This document shows, one piece after another, positions 31,631 to 41,589 of a DNA stretch of 64,000 bases; position 1 is the stretch's first letter, and each line of letters begins with the position of its first letter. A model generated the notes under the pieces. The model was not told the origin of the DNA. It saw nothing but the letters and a program-made list of their open reading frames with translations, and searched no databases. Both the position numbers and the translations under genes were made by a program. Origin of the DNA: an uncultured virus (IMG/VR IMGVR_UViG_3300041583_000459) (lineage: Duplodnaviria > Heunggongvirae > Uroviricota > Caudoviricetes); IMG/VR virus record IMGVR_UViG_3300041583_000459; one strand, 5' to 3'.

Positions 31631-33751
31631 TTATGATATTTTGATTTTTATCTTGCCGTCTTTTACCATCTTACTAATCAATTTAGAGTCTTCGTAACTG
31701 GATGTTGGTGCACCCCATTTCAAAGAAGGGTCAATATCTTTCTTTGGTATCTTCTTATTGGCTTGCTCAAGAATTAACTCATTTTCCATCGCTTTCAAGA
31801 AGTCTTGATAACCAGAACCTATCATAGTACATACGAACATTCTTTTATTTTCATTATTATTAATTCCGTCATATGTTTCAGTAATGCGCAATACAGACAT
31901 AGGTGGAAAAACAATTTCATCTTCACTTGGGATTTCAGATTTACCAAAAATAGGAAACATTTTTGTCCCACTAGGAACGTATATTTTTAATCTGGTGTTG
32001 CCGCTATTCGCAAGTGAAAATACAGAACTTACTGTAGTTGATAAAAATCCAGCATCTATATAATCATCACCGACTTCGTATTTTTTTACATCTGGCGTAT
32101 CTGCATTCCTATATACCCATATACCGTTTTCAAGTCTTGGTGCTTTGTCAAAATAACGCATTAAAATCTCTGTACTAACTTCCATTTCGCCTGATCTCGG
32201 CTTGTATGAATATATGCTTTTTAAAGATAAATTTTTACTTGAAATCATACTTCTCAGGTATGGATTAATGTCATATGCGGTTGATCCAGTATACCGTTTA
32301 AGATTGTGTTGCTCTACGTTATTTGATATGTCACCAAACTCATTATACCAAGTAGAAACTTCTTTCATAGACAATACTGCTGTCTTCTTTGCTGCTACGT
32401 CTTCATTAGATTCTTCAAATCCTTGATACCCAGAATATGGACTCGATTCATTAGAACTACCAAATGCTTCTAAGACAGAAACTGGATTTTTATCAAGTTC
32501 AAGCTTTTTTTCAACAACTTCGATTCCACCACTTGAAAGTTTAGATTTTTCCTTTGGTTCCATTTTAGTCTTAATGATACCTTTAAGTGTATTAATAGCG
32601 GGTGCATCAATATACATGAATGATGCAAGTGATGCTTTTAATATAGATGTATTTTCTGGTGTCAAATTCAATTCGCCATTTACTTTAAATACGCCTTCAT
32701 CTACGAGGGACTTTCTTATGTTAGTTGGCAGATTATTATATCCCTGCTTCGCTGCATAACTCAAATCATTAAAATTTATCTTCGATTCTTGGTATCCAAA
32801 TTTAGATATTTTTTCATATGCGCTCGGAAGTATGATAGCCATGATGTGTGGTAATGATAGGGTGAATAGTGAATCAGAAGCATTATCAAAATATCCAGCA
32901 CCAGATATATAAGACTTACTACCACCATCAAGAGCTTTTAACAATAAGTCCTTTGCGGAATTTACGTTGATAGACACAACGTAATCTTTTTCTGGAATTA
33001 GATTTGCGTTCTTTGGTTTGGGGTTTTCTTTTTCTGCTTTATATTTTAATGAGGCATTGTCAAGCATGTACACTGTCTCATCTTCGGCAGATAATTCAAC
33101 TTTTATTTTACCAAAAGCAAATTTATCACTTGCTTTCATAGACACATTAGGTTTTATGAACTTGTAATATTCTTTGGCATCGTCCATCATATCGCTTGTG
33201 AACTCTGGCATCTTTTTGCCGTCAAATTGAAAATTTTTGTGAAATGCAGCAGACTTAAACAATGAAGTTGGCTCTACGCTTTTCTTGACAAGGAATAAGT
33301 AATTTTTTGCTTTGTCGGAAGTTTTTATAATTGGGACTTCCCGAAATTGTTTAATATAGCTTCTTTTCAAAATTCTTCCCAATAACGGGACATATTTTTC
33401 AGAACCAGTTTTACCTGGGATGTCGATAAGTATCCCTTTCATTTTGACCATGACAAACGGGTAACAAGCCTCCATAAATTTTATGACAGTAGACAGCATA
33501 GGTCTAATATGATTTGGCTTAAAGAAAGACCAAAATCTTTTTTTGACGTTTACAATCCGATAAAAATCAAGTATGTAAACACCATCATAATCTGATAAAA
33601 TTAAAGACATCCCATAAGATGTCCCATCATGATCTATAGCCGCGAATATTTCTTTCGGCATTTTAGTATCGTCAGTCATATAAAATTCTATGGGGCTGTC
33701 CAAGGACTCTTTTATAAACCCATTTTCGCTAAACTTATCAAAGCCAATCAT
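31631..33751 (-). CDS. alt: Alt-like ADP-ribosyltransferase
   Basis: 706 aa; YTGS....IN.YLR, VYRN, FLSTT, EDEIVFP (R-S-E class); IKE near the N-terminus and ILE before the C-terminal tail. Confidence 0.8.
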   Translation of the reverse strand: MIGFDKFSENGFIKESLDSPIEFYMTDDTKMPKEIFAAIDHDGTSYGMSLILSDYDGVYILDFYRIVNVKKRFWSFFKPNHIRPMLSTVIKFMEACYPFVMVKMKGILIDIPGKTGSEKYVPLLGRILKRSYIKQFREVPIIKTSDKAKNYLFLVKKSVEPTSLFKSAAFHKNFQFDGKKMPEFTSDMMDDAKEYYKFIKPNVSMKASDKFAFGKIKVELSAEDETVYMLDNASLKYKAEKENPKPKNANLIPEKDYVVSINVNSAKDLLLKALDGGSKSYISGAGYFDNASDSLFTLSLPHIMAIILPSAYEKISKFGYQESKINFNDLSYAAKQGYNNLPTNIRKSLVDEGVFKVNGELNLTPENTSILKASLASFMYIDAPAINTLKGIIKTKMEPKEKSKLSSGGIEVVEKKLELDKNPVSVLEAFGSSNESSPYSGYQGFEESNEDVAAKKTAVLSMKEVSTWYNEFGDISNNVEQHNLKRYTGSTAYDINPYLRSMISSKNLSLKSIYSYKPRSGEMEVSTEILMRYFDKAPRLENGIWVYRNADTPDVKKYEVGDDYIDAGFLSTTVSSVFSLANSGNTRLKIYVPSGTKMFPIFGKSEIPSEDEIVFPPMSVLRITETYDGINNNENKRMFVCTMIGSGYQDFLKAMENELILEQANKKIPKKDIDPSLKWGAPTSSYEDSKLISKMVKDGKIKIKIS

Positions 33752-34263
33752 TTCTTTGGCACCTCTATCAAAATAGCCTCTGGAATGACGCCCATTTGAA
33801 TTGCAATATCTGCTCTTGTGTTTCCACCCATTATTCGCATACTACCATCAGGCATTTTCAGAATTATTGGCATGGTCATAGGCTTATTGTCTTCAAACCC
33901 TTTGTATATCAAATCAATGGTTTTTTCGTTTCTGAATTGAGGATATGAAGCATAACCTTTAATCAGACTAATGATTTGAGATTTTGTTTTCGTTCTGCTT
34001 CTATATCCAATTTTATTGTCAACACTTGCTGTCAACTTTATAACCTTAGCAGATTTAGCAGCTTTCTTGAAATCATCAACGGTAGGAAATGCGTTATTTG
34101 TCATCGCCTTTAAGGGTTTTATGTCATATTCAATTTTATACTCAAGTTCAAGATCACTGTCTTTAGGACGAACCCAATTAGTGAAGTCTTTGGCATCTTC
34201 ACTTAACCGCAAAACCTCATCTTTTACAATAGATTCTATGATTGATTTAATTTTTAGCCCCAT
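33748..34263 (-). CDS. ParB/Srx-like domain protein, late
   Basis: PIILK..DG..RIMGGNTR; late promoter at 34299-34306. Confidence 0.5.
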   Translation of the reverse strand: MGLKIKSIIESIVKDEVLRLSEDAKDFTNWVRPKDSDLELEYKIEYDIKPLKAMTNNAFPTVDDFKKAAKSAKVIKLTASVDNKIGYRSRTKTKSQIISLIKGYASYPQFRNEKTIDLIYKGFEDNKPMTMPIILKMPDGSMRIMGGNTRADIAIQMGVIPEAILIEVPKK

Positions 34264-34298
34264 TTACTTACCCCATATGTAGATTATATTATCCAATC

Positions 34299-34306
34299 TA
34301 TTTATA
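34299..34306 (-). promoter_or_regulatory. T4-type late promoter
   Basis: TATAAATA. Confidence 0.85.
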
Positions 34307-34349
34307 AGAAAGGGATTCTTCAAGAGCCTCCCTTTCAAACAACATCAAT

Positions 34350-34688
34350 TTACCACCATTGTTTTCCATACAGTTTTTCTTGCCACCCGTTCATCACAGA
34401 CCACACATACATGTATGCACTTTTTCGATCAGTATCATTTTTTTTGATAGAGTCTTTGAAGTTACCATAGTCGATAGCCATGACTTTTTCTTGTAATACT
34501 TTAGAAACATATTCTTTATTTAAGAACATACGAAACTTGTAATCACTTTCTTTAGTATCAAAAACCTTATGTTCATGACCAAACACATTTTCCAGATCAC
34601 CTTTGATTCTAGCGCGAACAACTACCACATTGTTTTCTTCCCTATGTTGTACAATAGAGAAAAACGAATTATTTAGAAAAACCCACAT
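34350..34688 (-). CDS. Conserved hypothetical phage protein
   Basis: MWVF....FFSIV, VRAR, DYKFR, IDY.NFK. Confidence 0.65.
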   Translation of the reverse strand: MWVFLNNSFFSIVQHREENNVVVVRARIKGDLENVFGHEHKVFDTKESDYKFRMFLNKEYVSKVLQEKVMAIDYGNFKDSIKKNDTDRKSAYMYVWSVMNGWQEKLYGKQWW

Positions 34689-34965
34689 ATTATTTTCAAT
34701 CCTTATTTTATAGCTTATACACTCAATCGGTATAGGCTTTTACCCATTCTTTAAATGCGGCATCTGCCAACTCATTAGCAGCTTTTTCATCTATGCCGTA
34801 TACTTCAATTAGCTTTTCTACAGTGTTTTCTTTACAGTAGATACTACCGATACAATCACCGTACAATTTACAAGCAATTTTAAACATCTTTTCATTCATC
34901 TTTTTTCCTCTCAATCAAACTACATTACATATGTATAGATGAATGAACCGTTTGTCAAGTGTATT

Positions 34966-36384
34966 TTATTTTTTTTTCATGTCTTTTAATCTTTTTTCTT
35001 CAGCATCATTGGCAATGTCTCTTTGTACCAAACCGATACCACCCTTTGCTTTGTCTATCTTTTTTTGACTTAACTTGGGGTCATTTATGTCTTTAGTTAG
35101 GTCTTCGATAGCATTTTGTCTAAGTGTGTTTATTGTGTCTGCCCCGCCTGGGATATTGTCTACTATTTGGCGATGAAGTTCTTCTTTCCAAGTCTTTTCG
35201 GGATAAAATGGCTTTCCGGCTTCCTTAACAGTAATATAGTAGAATCCTTTCACCCCAGCACCACCAGCAGTTTTTTGATTTTTCAAATCTACTGTGCGAC
35301 CTTTAAATTTTTGTCCAGTCTCAAAGAAAATAGTATTATCCCTATTATTCATAATGACAACAAATCTCCCATTTGCACCTGGGAGCATTTTCTTTTTATC
35401 AAGAAGATTTTGCATCGTCTTTGCGGCACCTTGATGTGTGTCTAAGAAAACGTCGGCTGGAACTACACGGTCTCTGGTAAGGTTCGCAGAATAAGCTACC
35501 TTAAAATCCGTAAGAACCCAAGCAAGGTGAATATTCTTGGGATTGTAACCAGCATCTTCAAGACTGAATATAGCAGATTGGAAATCGCTAATATCTTTTC
35601 CTGTAACATCAAAAATAATATTTGGCAAACGGTCAGCTCTTGCATCATTTAACAAAAGATCAAGTGTCCTATCACGTATCCCCTTATCCTTTACAAATAA
35701 ATGTAAGGCAAACACATCTTTTGGATTTTTCAAATCAAGATTGGCAATTTCTGGATTCATGCCCTTTAGTTTAGCAAGTTTGAGATAAGCTTTTTTCCAT
35801 TCATCTACATCTCTAATTTTAAATTTGTCTGAATCCATAAAAGAGGAAGAAGCAAAACCCTTTCCAGAGTTGTGCACAACAATATCACTTTTTGTTATCA
35901 TGTAGTTGTGGTTGTCTTCTACAGATAAGTCATACACCACTCTGTCCACTGTACCCAAGGGTTTCTTTGATATGGCTTCGAGGTCTCTCGCCTTAACCCA
36001 TTTACCATCAACATAAAATAGATGATTTTCGGTGCAAATAACAGTTTCACCATTTTCAAATGTTATCTCTAATAGATTATCTGTTTGTTGTGATGGATTG
36101 TATGAGATTTTTTTCAAAACTGGTTTTATTTCTATTTCGCCAGTATCTTCATTTATGGTGTATACTTGGTCATCTTCCGTAACTTCACTTATTTTTTTAT
36201 GTCCTTCTGTGGTTTTGACGAGTGTATCACCATCAAAACATCCTGCTCCACCAGACATGAAAACAATTTGGCCATACTTTGCACCACCACCAAAAACGAC
36301 TAATTTTTCATGTAGTATTTCCATCTCTTGCAGCATATAAGATTCTTCTAATTTTTCTTTGATATAATTTTTGAATGTGAACAT
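34966..36384 (-). CDS. Zeta-toxin-like P-loop kinase containing a mini-intein
   Basis: Spliced Walker A GGAG|SGKG, DVDE, IIFDVTG, A...N..R.RVVP; MFTFKNYIKE leader. Confidence 0.75.
   Translation of the reverse strand: MFTFKNYIKEKLEESYMLQEMEILHEKLVVFGGGAKYGQIVFMSGGAGCFDGDTLVKTTEGHKKISEVTEDDQVYTINEDTGEIEIKPVLKKISYNPSQQTDNLLEITFENGETVICTENHLFYVDGKWVKARDLEAISKKPLGTVDRVVYDLSVEDNHNYMITKSDIVVHNSGKGFASSSFMDSDKFKIRDVDEWKKAYLKLAKLKGMNPEIANLDLKNPKDVFALHLFVKDKGIRDRTLDLLLNDARADRLPNIIFDVTGKDISDFQSAIFSLEDAGYNPKNIHLAWVLTDFKVAYSANLTRDRVVPADVFLDTHQGAAKTMQNLLDKKKMLPGANGRFVVIMNNRDNTIFFETGQKFKGRTVDLKNQKTAGGAGVKGFYYITVKEAGKPFYPEKTWKEELHRQIVDNIPGGADTINTLRQNAIEDLTKDINDPKLSQKKIDKAKGGIGLVQRDIANDAEEKRLKDMKKK
35869..36240 (-). 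mobile_element. Mini-intein (124 aa, no homing endonuclease)
   Basis: CFDGDTLV (block A), CTENHLF (block B), VYDLSVEDNHNY (block F), VVHN|S (block G). Confidence 0.92.
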
Positions 36385-36389
36385 GATTA

Positions 36390-36665
36390 TTACCTCTTGA
36401 ATTTAATTACATAATTGCCGCGACGCGACACTTTACGACCGCGATCATCCAGTTCACGTTTTGTCATTGTTAATTTGACAATATCATTTTCTATGCTTGT
36501 TATAGTATAATCGAAGCTTGCATTTGATGCATCTTTCATATCGTTAGCAATCATATGTGCAATATGCTTTTTGTTGGTAGCAGTCAAATGAAGACCTTCT
36601 ATCATTTTTATGCTGATTTCCTGCAGATTATTGGACTCTTCAATATGTTTGATAAATGTGTTCAT
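36390..36665 (-). CDS. Small late protein with a capsid-targeting-like leader
   Basis: MNTFIKHIEE..LQE; late promoter at 36691-36698. Confidence 0.65.
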   Translation of the reverse strand: MNTFIKHIEESNNLQEISIKMIEGLHLTATNKKHIAHMIANDMKDASNASFDYTITSIENDIVKLTMTKRELDDRGRKVSRRGNYVIKFKR

Positions 36666-36690
36666 AATTGTCCTCATATGTCATTTAACA

Positions 36691-36698
36691 TATTTATA
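36691..36698 (-). promoter_or_regulatory. T4-type late promoter
   Basis: TATAAATA. Confidence 0.85.
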
Positions 36699-36703
36699 CA
36701 AAA

Positions 36704-36734
36704 CGATGGGGCTGATTTGAAATCAGCCCCATCG
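36704..36734 (-). terminator. Intrinsic terminator after cca
   Basis: CGATGGGGCTGATTT/AAATCAGCCCCATCG hairpin followed by TTTT on the minus strand. Confidence 0.8.
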
Positions 36735-36742
36735 AAGGTATT

Positions 36743-37954
36743 TTACATGTTATTTATTGCTTTAATGCGGGCATTCCGCAAACCATCATGTATTTTATTG
36801 GCATCAGTTTGACCATTAGGAAAAACATCAACAAACTTTACACTTTGATATGCTCCAAACTTTCTCATCAATGTCCAGATTTGTCCAATATCATTGTTTT
36901 CCGAACCCAACCTACCACGCTCATCACAGATACAGACCGAATGCAAAACATTAACCGATTGCGGGTCATTCAATGCACCCATATCATCAAACATTTTCAC
37001 AAATGTTTTTGAAGTAATCTTATCCAAGGAATGGCCACACATATGGTAACGAGTTGATTTCATGGCCCTATCCCGCATTTTTGCTGGTACAGTTAGCCTA
37101 TTTGAAAAAGCTTCCACAGCGGCAACACCATTAACGTCATGACCATAATGCTTTGGTAGGTGGTGAAAGGGTGTCAATCCCTTACCAATATCATGTACCA
37201 AAACTGCAAACCTACTTTCCAAGTCCATATTAAATTTGGCGGCTTGTGTCAGACAAAGCATGGAATGTTGATATGCATTACCTTCTGGATGCCAACGATA
37301 ACTTTCCAATGCGGCCAATAGCTTGTAAATTTCTGGAAAAATTACATGCAGTGCATCACATTCCAACAGTGTATCAAAAAACAATCTAGGATTTGGTTCC
37401 ATCAGCGCGCGACTAGTTTCTTTCCAAACTCTTTCGGAATTTAACTCATCCAACACACCAGCTTTTGCCATATTGTGGATCAATATTTTTGTTTCTGGTG
37501 CAACTTTCCATTCTACACCAAACCTTGCACGAAATCTTGCAATCCTCAAAACACGAACAGGATCTTCGACAAAAGCATCACTGGCATGGCGCAAAATTTT
37601 ATTTTCAATATCAGTTGCGCCATCGAACGGATCTACAAACCCGCTATTATCATATGCGATAGAATTTATAGTCAAATCACGTCTACTTTGATCATCTTCC
37701 AAAGTAACATCAACACCAAATTCAGATTCAAACCCAAGATAACCAACACCAATTTTCTTTTCGCGCCGTGCCAATGCATACTCATCACCTGTTTCGGGGT
37801 GCAAGAATACTGGGAAGTCAGCACCAACTTTTTTGAAACCAAGCGCGACCATATGCTCTTGTGTAGAACCGATAACGACATAATCTTTGTCTTTTGGCTC
37901 AATGCCCATCAACATGTCACGAACTGCGCCGCCAACAAGATAAACAGATTTCAT
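36743..37954 (-). CDS. cca: Multifunctional CCA-adding enzyme with HD domain
   Basis: YLVGGAVRD, DKDY, RRDLTINS, EDPVRVLRIARF, HPEG, HDIGKG. Confidence 0.95.
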   Translation of the reverse strand: MKSVYLVGGAVRDMLMGIEPKDKDYVVIGSTQEHMVALGFKKVGADFPVFLHPETGDEYALARREKKIGVGYLGFESEFGVDVTLEDDQSRRDLTINSIAYDNSGFVDPFDGATDIENKILRHASDAFVEDPVRVLRIARFRARFGVEWKVAPETKILIHNMAKAGVLDELNSERVWKETSRALMEPNPRLFFDTLLECDALHVIFPEIYKLLAALESYRWHPEGNAYQHSMLCLTQAAKFNMDLESRFAVLVHDIGKGLTPFHHLPKHYGHDVNGVAAVEAFSNRLTVPAKMRDRAMKSTRYHMCGHSLDKITSKTFVKMFDDMGALNDPQSVNVLHSVCICDERGRLGSENNDIGQIWTLMRKFGAYQSVKFVDVFPNGQTDANKIHDGLRNARIKAINNM

Positions 37955-38796
37955 AACTTTTCCTTATGTCAAAAATGTAAGATGTTAGCCACAACCACCA
38001 AGTTGGTAAAGAGTAGGTTTGAAGCCATACTTTTTTTGGAAGTATTCCCAGTTACAAGTTTGATTCAATCTAGTATCACCAGCTTTAATGATATCGCTTT
38101 CATCTGCAAGATCGAAATTGCGTTCATTAACTTGAAACCAAGGGGTATCAGAATCCTCATACCCATAAGTTGGCATATTGGTTCGCTCGCCCAAGTCTAA
38201 AATAGTTTTTACGCCCCAGCAAACGCCGAAATCGTTAGTCATGACAACTTTATCACCGACTTTAAACTTGTAATTCATTTTTTGATTCCTATCAAAGTTA
38301 TCTACAGTTATTTCTACTATGTTTTTACGAGAGTGTCAATAACTAATTACTCAAATTCACAGATTAATTCGTCGTAATGGAAACAATCATCAATATATTC
38401 TTGGTCATAAACACTTTCGAGATATAGCTGATGATTATGAAAATCGGCTTCGGCTTCGAGATGATTTACAAGTGTGCTTTCATTAGATACACAGGCGGAT
38501 AAAATCAGAAATATTGCTGGTAGGATGGTTTTCATTATGTGTTCCTTTTTTGCTTCGTTTGACATTGCGACATATTGATATAATTGTCAAGAAAAACTTT
38601 TCAAAATACGTTTTGCATCTTGAGTCATTGATTTTACATAAGTGTTCCAATTTGCAACATTTTCACCTTCTGGCACATCACCCATCTTGATATACCACCA
38701 ATGGTTTACGTTCGACTGTGCTTCTTTTTTGGACATTGGCGATTTGTAATATGTAAATTGATTCATGGTTTTATCTTTCAGAATTTTGTTTCATCT

Positions 38797-38804
38797 TATA
38801 AATA
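38797..38804 (+). promoter_or_regulatory. T4-type late promoter for gp3
   Basis: TATAAATA at the strand-switch point. Confidence 0.85.
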
Positions 38805-38835
38805 CATGTAAATAACATATATGTCAAGAGGAAAA

Positions 38836-39327
38836 ATGATGATTACTAATTATCTTTCGCCATTAGAATTTCAAGTCACCATACAAAAGCTCGAAAATGT
38901 TGAGTTTTTTATTCAGAAGGTTTCGATCCCATCAATTTCTATGGCACCAGTAATTGTACCAACGCCATTTAACAATACTTATGCAACGCCTGATAAACTC
39001 ACATATAGTGAAATGAGTCTGTCTTTCATAATTGATGAAGGAATGAGAAATTATTTAGAAGTTTTCAATTGGATGATTTCAATATCAGCACCACAAGATT
39101 TTAAACAGTACAGGGGATTGCCCGAAGATAAAAAAGACATGTATTCTGACATGAGTATAATTATGCTAAATAGCAATAAGAACCCGAGCATAAGATTCAA
39201 TTTCAAAAATTGCTTTCCGATAAGCTTGTCAGAGGTATCACTGGACACAACCCAACAAGATTTGCAATATCCTGAAGCTACGGTAAGTTTTCAATATGAT
39301 TACTTCGATATAGATATTTTACGTTGA
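38836..39327 (+). CDS. Tail tube terminator / tail completion protein gp3
   Basis: NYLSP..F, FF.Q.V.IP.I, F.IDE...NY.E..NW, F.NCFP.SL; synteny with uvsY/uvsW. Confidence 0.85.
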   Translation: MMITNYLSPLEFQVTIQKLENVEFFIQKVSIPSISMAPVIVPTPFNNTYATPDKLTYSEMSLSFIIDEGMRNYLEVFNWMISISAPQDFKQYRGLPEDKKDMYSDMSIIMLNSNKNPSIRFNFKNCFPISLSEVSLDTTQQDLQYPEATVSFQYDYFDIDILR

Positions 39328-39381
39328 ATTTTCAATTTTTATGTGATATACTCAATATAATTATAAAATGGAGGAATTAAA

Positions 39382-39819
39382 TTGGATATTGAAGATATCA
39401 ACAAAATGTGGGCAGCGGATTCGCAAATTGACACTACCAATCTGATAAACGAATCCACCAATATTCCAAAACTACACAACAAATATTACATGCTTTACGT
39501 TAAAGAGTCACTGAGAACCAAGAAACTAAAAAGTGAGCTCACTGAACTTGAAAAAGCAAAGACAGAATATTATAATGGGTCTATGGACGAAATAGACCTA
39601 AGACAGCGTGGATGGAAACCAAATCCGTTAAAAATTCTTAGACAAGATATTGACAGATATGTAGAGTCAGACGGAGAAATTATAAAATTGTGTCTGTTGA
39701 TAGCGTATCACGACGCCGCTACTAAATACCTCGAAGATATCGTAAAACAACTAAACAACAGAAATTATATAATCAAGAACATAATTGACTATATGAAATT
39801 TACTTCGGGGTCAGGTTAA
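39382..39819 (+). CDS. uvsY: Recombination mediator UvsY
   Basis: W..DS.ID, IPKLHNKY, R.Y.IKN.I...KF..G. Confidence 0.92.
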   Translation: MDIEDINKMWAADSQIDTTNLINESTNIPKLHNKYYMLYVKESLRTKKLKSELTELEKAKTEYYNGSMDEIDLRQRGWKPNPLKILRQDIDRYVESDGEIIKLCLLIAYHDAATKYLEDIVKQLNNRNYIIKNIIDYMKFTSGSG

Positions 39820-39820
39820 A

Positions 39821-41332
39821 TTGGACAAAGTAACAATAGCATATCTTGATGAAGTTCATATGAAAGTGACTTCTACTCCAGATGTTAGACAAGAACTATG
39901 TGATTATTTTAAATTTAGACCATTAGGATATCTATTCAATCCAAGTTATAGGAATAAGATATGGGATGGGTATATACGTCTATATTCACCATTCAAACCG
40001 ATCTTATATGTAGGGTTACTACACTACATAGTAAAGTTCTGTGAAGACCGCGATTATGAAATAGAAATTGACCCTAAGCTTATAGTCAATGAAAAAGTTG
40101 ATGATGATTATGCTTATCAACTTGCAAAACAGATAAAATCACCTTACGAACCAAGAGATTATCAAAACGAGTATGTAAATCATTGTATTAAAAATCAAAG
40201 AGCATTAATCTTATCACCAACTTCATCAGGCAAAAGTTACATACAACACCTAATACAGCAACATTACTACCTTACTACAGAGTTAAAAACCCTTGTTATA
40301 GTACCAACCATTGGACTTGTTCATCAGTTGGCAGGTGATTTCGTATCTTATGGTGTTGATGAGAAAAAAATACATAAAATCATGGCTGGGGTAGATAAAA
40401 ATGTAGATAAGGCAATAACAATATCTACTTGGCAGTCAATTGTAAACATGCCTAAAGATTGGTTTGATCAGTTTGGTCTTTTATTAGGTGACGAAGCACA
40501 TAACTACAAAAGTAAATCGCTCATAAAAATTGTAGAAAAAATGTCCGATTGTAAATATAAATTTGGATTTACAGGTACTATCTCATCAAAATCACAAGTA
40601 AACAAACTAATTCTTGAAGGTCTGTTCGGACCACTCAAAAGGGTAGTATCTACAAAAGACCTAATAGATGAGGGAACACTTGCAGAATTTAGTGTGAAAG
40701 CCATATTACTAAATTATAGCTTGGAAGCTAAGAAAGCTTATAAAAAAGCAAGTACAGAAACTTTCAATGCTTGTAAAGTAGAAAGTAAAAGAAAAAACTT
40801 GAGATATCAAATGGAGTTGGAATACATCAACAGCTCCGAAGAACGCAACATTTTTATCAGGAACTTAGTTTGGTCTTTGAAGGATCAAAATAACTTAATT
40901 CTGTTTGATAGAATTGATAAGCATGGTAAGATACTTGAAGAATACTTCAGACGTGATGATAGGCAGCTTCACTTCATTCATGGTAATGTGGATGGTAAAG
41001 AGCGCGAGCGTATAAGAAATATGGTCGAAAACGATGTCAATAAAAATCATAACATCTTGGCTTCTTATGGTACATTTTCTACTGGCATAAACCTGAAAAA
41101 ACTTGACAATATAATTTTTGCTTCTGGTTCAAAATCAGAAATTCGAGTTTTACAGTCTATTGGCAGAAGTCTTAGAAAAGGTAACGGGGCTGATCTTGCT
41201 ACGTTATATGACATAACCGATAACATATCAACGACTACTAAAGAAAACTACACTTTGAAACATTTTAGAGAACGCATAAATATATATGCGGCAGAAAAGC
41301 TACCATACAAAGTTTTCATGGTAGATATATAA
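39821..41332 (+). CDS. uvsW: RNA-DNA/DNA helicase UvsW
   Basis: WDG.IRL, PTSSGKS, DEAH, GFTGT, FSTGIN, QSIGR.LR. Confidence 0.95.
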   Translation: MDKVTIAYLDEVHMKVTSTPDVRQELCDYFKFRPLGYLFNPSYRNKIWDGYIRLYSPFKPILYVGLLHYIVKFCEDRDYEIEIDPKLIVNEKVDDDYAYQLAKQIKSPYEPRDYQNEYVNHCIKNQRALILSPTSSGKSYIQHLIQQHYYLTTELKTLVIVPTIGLVHQLAGDFVSYGVDEKKIHKIMAGVDKNVDKAITISTWQSIVNMPKDWFDQFGLLLGDEAHNYKSKSLIKIVEKMSDCKYKFGFTGTISSKSQVNKLILEGLFGPLKRVVSTKDLIDEGTLAEFSVKAILLNYSLEAKKAYKKASTETFNACKVESKRKNLRYQMELEYINSSEERNIFIRNLVWSLKDQNNLILFDRIDKHGKILEEYFRRDDRQLHFIHGNVDGKERERIRNMVENDVNKNHNILASYGTFSTGINLKKLDNIIFASGSKSEIRVLQSIGRSLRKGNGADLATLYDITDNISTTTKENYTLKHFRERINIYAAEKLPYKVFMVDI

Positions 41333-41337
41333 AAATC

Positions 41338-41512
41338 ATGAGTTACTTAACTTTCCCAATGTAACATTGATTATATACAGTTTTTTGTATCTGTCAAGTA
41401 CAAATTTGTAGCTTTTTGGTAGCGACAATAGATCATATGAGTTATATGAGTTACTTAACTTCCCCAATGTAACATTGATTATATACAGTTTTTTGTATCT
41501 GTCAAGTACAAA
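41338..41512 (-). repeat. Two 67-bp direct repeats, each containing a TTGACA-N16-TATAAT promoter on the minus strand
   Basis: 41338-41404 and 41446-41512, one mismatch. Confidence 0.9.
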
Positions 41513-41589
41513 AATGCACAAAATCAAAATTTTTTTGTTGACATGTGGCACAAATATGTGTTACATTATAGATTATTAGAAGGTGAATT

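Noticed and set aside
30185..31729. 35-bp duplication as a target-site duplication of the TnpB element
   Set aside because: Both copies lie well outside the inverted repeats, are in coding frame with continued protein similarity, and this element family does not make long target-site duplications.
41336..41551. 71-aa minus-strand ORF
   Set aside because: It merely translates the duplicated promoter repeat.
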